Below, one piece after another: positions 10,501-18,409 of a stretch of DNA of 64,000 nt. The position numbers and the translations under genes are program-made. Position 1 is the stretch's first letter. Every line of letters begins with the position of its first letter. The stretch is from contig JAJDCB010000006.1 in NCBI GenBank assembly GCA_029261065.1, positions 284 through 64,283 on the forward strand. The letters are read 5' to 3'. Source of the DNA: Candidatus Omnitrophota bacterium. GTDB lineage: Bacteria; Omnitrophota; Gorgyraeia; Zapsychrales; Zapsychraceae. The notes beneath the pieces were generated by a model. The model made no database searches. It was not told the DNA's origin and was given only the letters and a program-made list of their open reading frames with translations.

Positions 10501-11241
10501 AATAACTTCTTGTGAAGGACCCTTACCCACAACAAGAAAATGAGCATCTTTTTTTTCTTTTAAAAACTGGGCGACGCATTGCGCGAGAAATTCTAAATTT
10601 TTCTCCGACGCCAAACGACCAACATGCCCCACAACAAAGGCCTCTTGAGGGATACCAAACTCTTCTCTTGTCTTTAAAACATCTGCATTTGCAAACTTAT
10701 TAGTATCAACTCCTGTTGGGATAACCTCTGTGGGCGTTTCAACACCTCGCGATTGTAAAATATCTTTAACACTACGCGTAGGAACGATAACCTGATCGGC
10801 AAGATTGGCATAGCCAGTAGAAAGCTCGATAACAAAACGTTTTATAAGATCATTATGAAAGGGAAGATAATGAATGTATTGTTCATACATCGTATGGTAC
10901 GTAAAAATGAGAGGAATGTTATATTGACCACTGAGACGAAGGGCTATATCACCTAATAAAAAGGGATGATGGCTGTGGACTATATCTGGTTTAAAATCGT
11001 GCATTAACTTTTCTAATAAACCTGGAATCGGAAGATTAATAGAAAAATCGGTATGATTACATTTTTGAATAGCTGGAATTCGAATAACGTCTTTTTCATC
11101 TCTCATCATCCCTTCAAAAGTAGGGGCGACAATAATCACTTGATGACCTTGTATCCTCAATTGAGAAGAAAAGGAACGAATAGATTCCTCTACTCCCCCG
11201 ACAATCGGCGTAAACGTATTTGTCATCATAAGAATTTTCAT
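7525..11241 (-). CDS. 1238-aa multidomain protein: N-terminal GT4 glycosyltransferase, central NPP-type (type I phosphodiesterase / nucleotide pyrophosphatase, alkaline-phosphatase superfamily) domain with a hydrophobic insertion, and C-terminal endonuclease/exonuclease/phosphatase (EEP) domain
   Basis: Residues 1-~400 are a GT4/GT-B glycosyltransferase (MKILMMTNTFTPIVGGVEESIRSF...). Residues ~460-900 carry LVLIQIDGFSRHQL, MPFLKGL, SSTPAV, HLNLLGFDEQAH and YSDHGQ, which match the PF01663 LVISLDGFR, MPNL, T-nucleophile and DHG motifs. A ~35-residue hydrophobic stretch (LIVLALTHFLALIRIILLIILELVLGF) sits in the middle. Residues ~960-1238 carry the EEP motifs (IMTYNVHSCRG, DIVALQELD, CGDFNALP, RIDHVF). 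Confidence 0.65.
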   Translation of the reverse strand: MKILMMTNTFTPIVGGVEESIRSFSSQLRIQGHQVIIVAPTFEGMMRDEKDVIRIPAIQKCNHTDFSINLPIPGLLEKLMHDFKPDIVHSHHPFLLGDIALRLSGQYNIPLIFTYHTMYEQYIHYLPFHNDLIKRFVIELSTGYANLADQVIVPTRSVKDILQSRGVETPTEVIPTGVDTNKFANADVLKTREEFGIPQEAFVVGHVGRLASEKNLEFLAQCVAQFLKEKKDAHFLVVGKGPSQEVIKQVFLKEDDLNRLHFTGVLRDQQLVDSYHAMNVFAFASLSETQGVVLLEAMASSVPVVALDAQGVRDILRDGLNGRLIHEQHQETFVSALSWCYHKSHSEMEKIKRAARQSAQNYSNVHCAGQVINLYNEVKSRNVVSRDIHNSLWKISMSRIKTEWNMAKNLTNASEAAFSERAFNVKKTRKDKKRHWILKWNRWCNKHEWSARLLNLSHSKEEETKAGLVLIQIDGFSRHQLQKAIKNNEMPFLKGLLNNQHYNSYPLYTGLPSSTPAVQGELFYGVKQIVPAFSYFDKSENKVFTMFDGDDAQKIEQRLKEQETGLLEGGSSYSNIYEGGAKEAHFCAVSLGLSRIWKDVNVFKLIVLALTHFLALIRIILLIILELVLGFADFLGGLFQGENFIKEFKFVPTRAVICILLRELITLGVKIDVARGLPIIHLNLLGFDEQAHRRGPSTKFAHWALKGIDLAIGDIYKNAMSSTRRSYDVWIYSDHGQEDTLSYTVEYGRRVHEAVTEVYSAFKHSNKKTEPGRLDDDLDKCFQEQATRRGVQFHRASYLGSPYLQKLFSPQKHAAQNKLTVTAIGPTGNIYLPTKLNQEDKCIFSRQLVHKAKIPLVLFPEEEGQVRAFNERGEFILPAQAQEVLGENHPYLSDVTQDLIAICHHPDAGDFTFSGWRPGQTPISFPIENGAHAGVGTEETNAFTLLPADIVSLSKEKTYLKTKDLRELALQHLGRMKPKKSMLSVKSSSISPETKKIRIMTYNVHSCRGMDGKTSPERIARVIARHEPDIVALQELDMNRSRTGDINQPHVIAKQLEMMYHFHPAICIEEERYGNAILSRYPIKTMYAGRLPILPGRPDLEPRGAIWTTINVDDIRVQVINTHLGLRRLERLRQAEALLGPDWLEHHACEGPIILCGDFNALPGSPVCRCITQKLHDSQHVLNNHRPLATWFSHYPVGRIDHVFIGGEVSVVHAEVSKTELDKVASDHLPLIVDLLLS

Positions 11242-11252
11242 CGGAACATTCC

Positions 11253-13604
11253 TTATTTGCCTTCTAGGCTTAAATACACCTCGTCGTCTCCTGCTTTTGG
11301 TATAACTTTTTTAAATCCCGGGAGTCGAATTTCAATAGATGGTGCCTCTTTAAACCACTGGCCCTTCCAACTCACTTTGATCTTATCTTCAAGAGGGATG
11401 ATAGAAATATCGATCACACCGTAAACCGTCGTGGCTGGCCCAAAGGACATCTTTTTTTTCTTATCTATCCATTCCTTTGCAACCCCAGAACACAAAATTA
11501 ATTTTTTGTCTTTTTCTTCTTCACGCACAAAACAATTTCTGATCATTAACACCCATTCCGATGCCGCCCATACATGTTGACCATCCCCCATACAACCACC
11601 CTTTGTATGAGGATGAATAGCCTCGGGCCATTGACCTGTAGGAGACGCTAATCGCGCCACAGTCTTCATTAAATCAAAACATCTGACATCCCCGTTTCTT
11701 AATAAGACTTGAGCAATATGCAAAGTTAAATAAGGATTTATCCCTGAATGAGTCATATCTTGAAAAAATCCACCATCAACAAAACAGTGCTCCATCAAAA
11801 AATGAACTGTATTTTTCACACGAATATCATGAGCAGGCCAAAGCATCAAAGGATAATCAACAGCAACAGATCCAATGGCGCCGGCATCCATCCTGCGATA
11901 AGGGGATGCAGGAATAATCGAACTCTTTAAACGTTTTTGAACCTTATCAAGACTCGCCTCAATGCTCGTCATAAAATCTTTAGATTCTTGATAAAAATGT
12001 TGGGCACGTTTTTCACTCCAGAACTCCTCGATTAAATGAGCCACAGCGTTTAAACCTGCCACACCCCAAAAATCATCCCAATAATAATAATCATTAGGTC
12101 CTAAATGTTCTGCACTAAATCCAGGAGGAAACAATCCTTTGTGAGATGACGTCGATTTGCCTTTAAGTCGTTTATGCATAATCCAACGACCTCCCAAATC
12201 TATAGACCTTCTCCAATCTTGAGGCAATGGTTCTCCCGTCATCTGACAATATTTCTCAATAATCCATAACGCCTCCCCATTGGAGTCCCACTCTCCATCT
12301 TGCGAAAGAAAGTATCCTCCTGACGTTTGTTTAGAAGAAAAACCATCCATCACTCGTCTGACACGTGATTTTAATCCTAAACACAACATCGCATGTAAAA
12401 TAAAGGCAGCATCACGAAACCAAAAACGTTTATAAGTATATGGTCCTGGATAAACCTCATTAGGTGAATGTAAAATAAGTGTTCTTACCGCTGCGTCAAA
12501 AATAAATTGAAAGCGATCATCCGGAATCTCTAGTTGACAAACGCCTTCTAAACTTTCCTTCCATCTTTCAACGGATGTTTGTTGAACAACTTGCCCTTCC
12601 TTTAACACACTATGATCTGCCTCATGAAATGCCCGTGCTAAAGCTGACTCATAAAGCAAATCTTTAAAAGTTGATTTCTTTTGCTTTTGAGATTTAAAAA
12701 GAGGAATCTCAACAACAACCTCTTGGCTTTGATGGGCTAATAGTTTAAATTGCGCGGCTGCTGTGGCTAATCCTATGTTGCATGTCATACGCCTATCTTT
12801 GTCTGAACAAGGCAGGCGATGAAAAACATCTCCTTTGCGATAATAAGAAAAAGCATGTTGATCGAAAACACGGTCAAGATGAACCACCTGACTATTGTTC
12901 ACCTTCCATCCCTTATCATTGTCTAACAAATCAATATCATGAATAAAACTCACCCCTTCAGGATTATATGGTCTTAGGGCCACAACCAAAAAGGAGTCTG
13001 ATAATGATGATGACCCTTTTAATTCTATGCGACAAAGGGGTGCCTCAAGCGTTCCTTTAACGAAGACCTTCGAAATAAGACATCGATCATTATCTGCCGC
13101 TTCTGTGGTTATACACAAACCTTCATCAAAGCTTAACGTTTGAGAAACAATAGGTAATCGAGAAGGAATAAGATGCTTTCCTGATTTATCAATGATCCAA
13201 CTATCAAGAGACCACCCATCAAAAAAAGGTGTCACAAGACCTCGAGGATCAACAATGGGAAACTCCTCGCAATCTGGAATGCCAACAGCTGTCCAATTGC
13301 GTTGTGTCAAATTAATATGCGTGATAGAAAAAGCGCGCGGCACAAAAGATTGATGATGAGGATCAAATTGACATTCCACCCAATAAGGCCAAACCCAATC
13401 AAGGTTATGTTGAATAGCCTGACTATTCATAAGTCCACGCGCATGTAACACGACGCCTGATCTTAATAATTGAACAGGGGCGGCAACCTCCGCGGGTTGA
13501 GCAAAACGTTCCAGTTTAGAAAAGATGTCAATCGGATCCAAAAAACCTCTTTTGCGAGCCGTACTTCTGACAATCATTCTCCAAGGTAACCATTTAAGCC
13601 ACAT
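11253..13604 (-). CDS. six-hairpin (alpha/alpha)6 glycoside hydrolase-like protein (GH15 glucoamylase/trehalase-like or GDE-like)
   Basis: At 783 aa, YKRFWFRDAAF resembles GH15 conserved region 1 (YTWTRDSGL). It starts 12 nt after the upstream fusion gene and overlaps the downstream membrane gene by 1 nt. Confidence 0.5.
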   Translation of the reverse strand: MWLKWLPWRMIVRSTARKRGFLDPIDIFSKLERFAQPAEVAAPVQLLRSGVVLHARGLMNSQAIQHNLDWVWPYWVECQFDPHHQSFVPRAFSITHINLTQRNWTAVGIPDCEEFPIVDPRGLVTPFFDGWSLDSWIIDKSGKHLIPSRLPIVSQTLSFDEGLCITTEAADNDRCLISKVFVKGTLEAPLCRIELKGSSSLSDSFLVVALRPYNPEGVSFIHDIDLLDNDKGWKVNNSQVVHLDRVFDQHAFSYYRKGDVFHRLPCSDKDRRMTCNIGLATAAAQFKLLAHQSQEVVVEIPLFKSQKQKKSTFKDLLYESALARAFHEADHSVLKEGQVVQQTSVERWKESLEGVCQLEIPDDRFQFIFDAAVRTLILHSPNEVYPGPYTYKRFWFRDAAFILHAMLCLGLKSRVRRVMDGFSSKQTSGGYFLSQDGEWDSNGEALWIIEKYCQMTGEPLPQDWRRSIDLGGRWIMHKRLKGKSTSSHKGLFPPGFSAEHLGPNDYYYWDDFWGVAGLNAVAHLIEEFWSEKRAQHFYQESKDFMTSIEASLDKVQKRLKSSIIPASPYRRMDAGAIGSVAVDYPLMLWPAHDIRVKNTVHFLMEHCFVDGGFFQDMTHSGINPYLTLHIAQVLLRNGDVRCFDLMKTVARLASPTGQWPEAIHPHTKGGCMGDGQHVWAASEWVLMIRNCFVREEEKDKKLILCSGVAKEWIDKKKKMSFGPATTVYGVIDISIIPLEDKIKVSWKGQWFKEAPSIEIRLPGFKKVIPKAGDDEVYLSLEGK

Positions 13605-14320
13605 TATTGCTCCTTTCTTTGTATTAAGCGAAATAGATAATAAAAGATCATAAAAACAAACAACACAATAATTAAAATCATCGGAGAACTAGGATTATAG
13701 GCTAAAACGCTTTCATGAAAATGTGTCAAAAGAATCGCCCAAAGGCCGATGGCTGTATAAGTAGCACCCAAAACGATGGTCATATTCAACCATGACCTTA
13801 ATCCCATGAGCCATCCCATAACAGAACCAACAACCGGTCCCGTCCCCCATAAAGGGAACAACACAAAAAGAAATAAGCCAGGCTTACCATACCGTCGAAT
13901 AGTCACAAGATTGGATTCAGCCCTTTTCATCGTTCGTTCCATAACGTTCATGACAGACTGCACAACTTTAAGGTATCGATGACTTAAAACAAAAAGAGGA
14001 TATAATATAAATACTACAATCGTATCGATTAATATATTAATGAAAAAATTACATACATGCCCAAGACCCAAAACATAACCAAAATACACGCCTGCTGGCC
14101 GCCCAACAACAAGGCGCATCCCCGTTAAAGAAACAACTTTCTGATAAATTTCGGGAAACCATAACCAACCTAAAACCAAATAACTAAGAAACAAAACAAA
14201 CAACGCAACACCTGTAAGAAATATACGTCCTTCCGGCGTTCTAATAAGCATCATCCAGACATATGTTTCTTCTATGGCGGTTGGTTCACTTGCAACAGCA
14301 TTATCATTTTTACTTTTCAT
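13604..14320 (-). CDS. polytopic membrane protein, unknown function
   Basis: 238 aa with about 6 TM helices. Translationally coupled to the GH15-like gene by a 1-nt overlap. Confidence 0.45.
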   Translation of the reverse strand: MKSKNDNAVASEPTAIEETYVWMMLIRTPEGRIFLTGVALFVLFLSYLVLGWLWFPEIYQKVVSLTGMRLVVGRPAGVYFGYVLGLGHVCNFFINILIDTIVVFILYPLFVLSHRYLKVVQSVMNVMERTMKRAESNLVTIRRYGKPGLFLFVLFPLWGTGPVVGSVMGWLMGLRSWLNMTIVLGATYTAIGLWAILLTHFHESVLAYNPSSPMILIIVLFVFMIFYYLFRLIQRKEQ

Positions 14321-14332
14321 GTTGTTTCTTTC

Positions 14333-15544
14333 TTAAGGAATTATGTCTGAACAGTCTCCAGAGGCTTCTCCATTATTAAAAAATATTATTTCTTTACCTT
14401 CATGTTTAAAAATAAAACTATCGCTTACATCTTTAATCAAAAACTTATAATCTTTCCAATTTGCTTTAGGCTCAACGGAAAACCTGATCATGTGTAATTT
14501 TAAATGATCCAATAGATAAAAGTCAGAAAGCCTTTTATTGAGATTATCCTTCGCATATCCTTTTACTTTAATGGTCTCACGATTACAATACGTTATCCGC
14601 TCAATCGCAAAACCTTTCGCATAACGATCCATCTCTTCTATCGCCTTACGACTTAATTGATGCATAAAACCTATTGTTTGATCTGTTTCTTCTACAGTAA
14701 AAACCACTCTTGGGTGTATGGATATCGTCACTTTAAGAAAATTTTCCTTTCGCTCCAATTTCCAATAAGGTTCACACAAAAATTCCACGCCTAAAAGCTC
14801 GCTTTGACATCTGGATTTTAAAACATTCCTTTGTTTATGTTCACCAAAAGGCGCGTCCAATTTTCTTTCAAGCACTTGCAAAAAAAGCTCTCGTTCGTCA
14901 TCATAATTATTAACTCTTACAATATTCCCCTTATCATAAATAATCTCTCGTTTGACATAACCATTAGGATGATATTCTCTGTATTCACCATCTCTTAAAC
15001 CATCCTTATAACTAAATTCTTCCCATATTGTTCCATCTTCATAATACGTTTCTGCAACCCCCTGTTCGTGCCCTTCATCATAATTAGCACTAGCTGCCAA
15101 ATTGCCATTTTCATAATAAACATTATGCACACCCACTTCCTTCCCATCTTCATAAAGGCCTTCCGCCTCCAAAGCGCCACTGTTGTAATACAATTTGTAA
15201 ATGCCATCGCGTTTATTATTCTTATATTCAAATTTAAGACGAAGAATACCGTCTTCACAATAATCCTGATAGAGACCTTCACGTTGCCCAGACTTGTAAA
15301 ACACCTCCATCTTCAATTGACCATTCTCATAATATTCTCTGTAGACACCATCATCATCGTCATCAAAACAATTTGTTTCAGACAGAAGCTCTCCGCTTTC
15401 ATAATATTCACGTCTATAACCATTCTCCTCAGTAACCTGCCCAACGCCCGATCCAAAAAATATTTCCGATATTTTTGGTTGTGCAAAAACATGGCTTGCT
15501 AATATCAGAGAAAAGGCCAAGCCGATATACAATATTTTTTTCAT
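14333..15544 (-). CDS. secreted MORN-variant-repeat (YwqK-like, PF07661-type) protein with an uncharacterised ~190-aa C-terminal domain
   Basis: Signal peptide MKKILYIGLAFSLILASHVFA. Repeated YxEYYENGQLK / YKLYYNSGAL / ETYYEDGTI units fill residues ~40-215. Confidence 0.6.
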   Translation of the reverse strand: MKKILYIGLAFSLILASHVFAQPKISEIFFGSGVGQVTEENGYRREYYESGELLSETNCFDDDDDGVYREYYENGQLKMEVFYKSGQREGLYQDYCEDGILRLKFEYKNNKRDGIYKLYYNSGALEAEGLYEDGKEVGVHNVYYENGNLAASANYDEGHEQGVAETYYEDGTIWEEFSYKDGLRDGEYREYHPNGYVKREIIYDKGNIVRVNNYDDERELFLQVLERKLDAPFGEHKQRNVLKSRCQSELLGVEFLCEPYWKLERKENFLKVTISIHPRVVFTVEETDQTIGFMHQLSRKAIEEMDRYAKGFAIERITYCNRETIKVKGYAKDNLNKRLSDFYLLDHLKLHMIRFSVEPKANWKDYKFLIKDVSDSFIFKHEGKEIIFFNNGEASGDCSDIIP

Positions 15545-15721
15545 ATCTCACCTCCTCACGAAAAGTATTTCGAAACGTCTCCTTTCCCGTTATTAGTTTA
15601 GGAAGAATTGACAAATTAGGATATGAGATAACATACGGAAGGGATTAAGTAGAATTACTTAGGCTGATAAGGAGAGAGATTACCGCAAATAGTTGCCGTT
15701 TTAAGCTCTTAAAATTAAGAA

Positions 15722-16345
15722 TTATTTTAAAGGATACTTGCCTGCGGAGTTATTGGCAATTTTCTTTAAGGAGAATTCGGCATAACCAGCCAGAATTTCT
15801 TGAGTTTGGCGGGGTGGTGGGACAACAAAATATTGGGAAATAAGGGCGTGTGCCACTTCATGCGCGAGTACACCTAGAGTGACATTATCTAAGGAAAGGT
15901 AAATGGTATTATTCTCATGATAAAAGAACCCAATTTCATCATTATAAAAGAAAGCCTTCTCACCTTCATTAACGCCAAAGATACCTTTTAATTCCTTATC
16001 AAGATCTTTCTGTGTATCAAAAATCTTGATATTTGTATGAAAATCACTTATTTGAAGCCCTAATATCTGTGTGAGATTCTTGACAATTTCATCCATGCCT
16101 TCCGTTAAGATGACCTTAGGATCAGAGGATTGGCCACTCGCATAACTATCTGACAAATTAGCAACCTGAAAATCACGTAGAATCTGGTTTAAATCAACAT
16201 CATTTTGGCTATGGATGGAAAAGGAAAAATGCTGGCTCTCAAGCACGTTTGACTCTTTTTCAGCCAAACTTAAGGTGGGAAAAAAGCTTAGAAACATTAC
16301 GCTTATCGCCAGAAATTTAAATAATTTTAAGGACTTCAATGACAT
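15722..16345 (-). CDS. secreted putative zinc metallopeptidase-like protein (HExxH)
   Basis: Signal peptide followed by LGVLAHEVAHALISQY (HExxH) near the C-terminus. Confidence 0.4.
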   Translation of the reverse strand: MSLKSLKLFKFLAISVMFLSFFPTLSLAEKESNVLESQHFSFSIHSQNDVDLNQILRDFQVANLSDSYASGQSSDPKVILTEGMDEIVKNLTQILGLQISDFHTNIKIFDTQKDLDKELKGIFGVNEGEKAFFYNDEIGFFYHENNTIYLSLDNVTLGVLAHEVAHALISQYFVVPPPRQTQEILAGYAEFSLKKIANNSAGKYPLK

Positions 16346-16531
16346 AAATTTGTCTCTCTAAGTTCATCTTAGCGTATCTTATCCTACTCCAAGTATAAAC
16401 TGCAAATACATACTCAACAAGGGCTTGCAAGAAAGCGCTTTCATAATAAACGTCAAAATGACAATGAGCAAGCACATTTGACGATTCTTATTTATATGAG
16501 TTATTAGGGGAAAAATCGATTAAAATGATAT

Positions 16532-16578
16532 AAAAAAACCCTAACGGCTATATTACCAAAACCATTAGGGTTTTTTTA
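16532..16578 (-). terminator. rho-independent terminator-like hairpin after tpsB
   Basis: Stem AAAAAAACCCTAA / TTAGGGTTTTTTT with a ~21-nt loop. On the minus-strand reading it is followed by a 7-T run, and it lies 20-60 nt past the tpsB stop. Confidence 0.4.
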
Positions 16579-16599
16579 ACGTGATGGTTACTCTGTTTT

Positions 16600-18315
16600 T
16601 TAGAACTTTAGCTGAAATTCAAACCAAACATGAGCCCGATCTCCATCTTCTGACTTTTTACCTTGTGGAAATCCAGCTTCCACACGTAAGGCCAAATCAT
16701 CTTTGATGTTCACGCGCACACCAGCTCCATAACCTTTTAATGTCTCAGACTTTTCTTCTCCAGCAAGAGGTGTGTTGGTACCTGCATAACCAAAATCGTA
16801 AAAGATAACCCATTTTAAAACGTCATACAATTTTTCTTCTCGAAAGGGAACTTTTACGTCTCTTGATAAACCATAAAAGGGAAAAGACCATTCAAACGCA
16901 GTATAATATCCTTTATCTCCAGAATGTTCTGCAGGAGCATATGCTCGAACACTTGTAGGACCACCGATTTGAAATTGTTCGGAGGCGACAAGGTTATGAT
17001 TAGAAACCTGTGCAGAATTTTTCCAAAGAATATAGGATTCATATGGCATGGGATGTAAACGAAAGAAATGAAATCCCCATTTTTGAAATTTACCTCCAGC
17101 CCCTGCTCTTGAAGCTAAAGGATCTTTCGCATCCATGGAACCAAGAAAATCTGGAATCCCAACACCTAATTCGGTGGTGAAGATATTTCGTCCAAAGCGA
17201 TCATTAAAATCAAGATCTCCACCAAATTTGATAACCCTTAATTCATCATGAGATGTCTCAAGGCCTAGCAGATGATTCTTAATATCCTTGTAATCAAAAC
17301 CGGCATTAAGTCTTAACTCTAGATCATCCCGATAGATGACTTCTTTATTAATAAAAATTCCAGCTAAAAAAGCGTCACCATGGGCATCAAGGGCTTCAAA
17401 TTCTTTGACGAGATCTGTTTCCACATTCAATACGTAAAATCCCACATCAAATGTCTTGTTGACAGGAAACACATATCGTCCTTGGTAAAGTTCAAGGAGC
17501 GCACCTTCTGAATATTGTCCCTTTAGATACAAACGGTCATCGAACCCAAGCAAATTATTGTGTTCAAGAGTCCATGCAAAACGATCATTCTTAAGGAAAC
17601 GGGAAGCGTAATTATCGTATTCAAAACCCACATGAAAAGGAAATTGATCTTTAACATCTAAAACGAGATCTGTGGTTCCAGGTTCTTTTCCTGGGACAAG
17701 GACAATTCTAGCAGTTCGATCTGGATGTTCATTAATATAAACCAAGGATCTTTGCAGCGCAGAATAATCAAAGTATCCATAGGGTTTAAGATCGATATAT
17801 TCTCTAAACAGTGACGTTTTAAAATACTTGTTCCCCTCTACTGTTAAACTTCCTAATTTTCCTTCAATCACTTTAATGATCAAACGACCATTTTGAAGAG
17901 ATTGAGGTGGCACATAGGCGCGGGATGTTACATACCCTTGCGTTCTATATTCAGCTGTAATCTCATCGGCAATGGCCTGAATCTTTGTCATGGACAACTT
18001 TTGACCTTCATACGTCATGATCAGATTTTTTATGACATCATCTGAAAGGAGCGTTACATTCTCTACAACTATTTCATTGATCAGAACATTTGGACCAGCC
18101 TCCAACTCGGCCTCTTCAACAACTTCTTCTGTTTCTTTTAATTCCTGTTTTTTTAAACGTTGTTCAAACTCCTTAACTTTTTCCTGTTCTACTTTACGTT
18201 GCAGTGCACCACCAGCGGTTTCTGATGATGTGGGTTGTGCATAAACGATGTGATGGACTATAAAGAGAGAAAGTACAACACCTATCACTACAACAAACCC
18301 ATTTTTTCGTTTCAT
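16600..18315 (-). CDS. TpsB: ShlB/FhaC/HecB-family two-partner-secretion outer-membrane transporter (Omp85 superfamily)
   Basis: Signal peptide, POTRA-like region, and a beta-barrel ending in the terminal aromatic FEFQLKF. A strong SD (AAGGAGG) sits 7 nt upstream. Directly downstream of tpsA. Confidence 0.75.
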   Translation of the reverse strand: MKRKNGFVVVIGVVLSLFIVHHIVYAQPTSSETAGGALQRKVEQEKVKEFEQRLKKQELKETEEVVEEAELEAGPNVLINEIVVENVTLLSDDVIKNLIMTYEGQKLSMTKIQAIADEITAEYRTQGYVTSRAYVPPQSLQNGRLIIKVIEGKLGSLTVEGNKYFKTSLFREYIDLKPYGYFDYSALQRSLVYINEHPDRTARIVLVPGKEPGTTDLVLDVKDQFPFHVGFEYDNYASRFLKNDRFAWTLEHNNLLGFDDRLYLKGQYSEGALLELYQGRYVFPVNKTFDVGFYVLNVETDLVKEFEALDAHGDAFLAGIFINKEVIYRDDLELRLNAGFDYKDIKNHLLGLETSHDELRVIKFGGDLDFNDRFGRNIFTTELGVGIPDFLGSMDAKDPLASRAGAGGKFQKWGFHFFRLHPMPYESYILWKNSAQVSNHNLVASEQFQIGGPTSVRAYAPAEHSGDKGYYTAFEWSFPFYGLSRDVKVPFREEKLYDVLKWVIFYDFGYAGTNTPLAGEEKSETLKGYGAGVRVNIKDDLALRVEAGFPQGKKSEDGDRAHVWFEFQLKF

Positions 18316-18409
18316 GATAGCAACCTCCTTTCTGATAGACTTGATTCGATCAAGCCCCCCATAAAGGGGGCCTGATCTTGATACACATTTCTACTTCAAC
18401 TCTTTCCGA

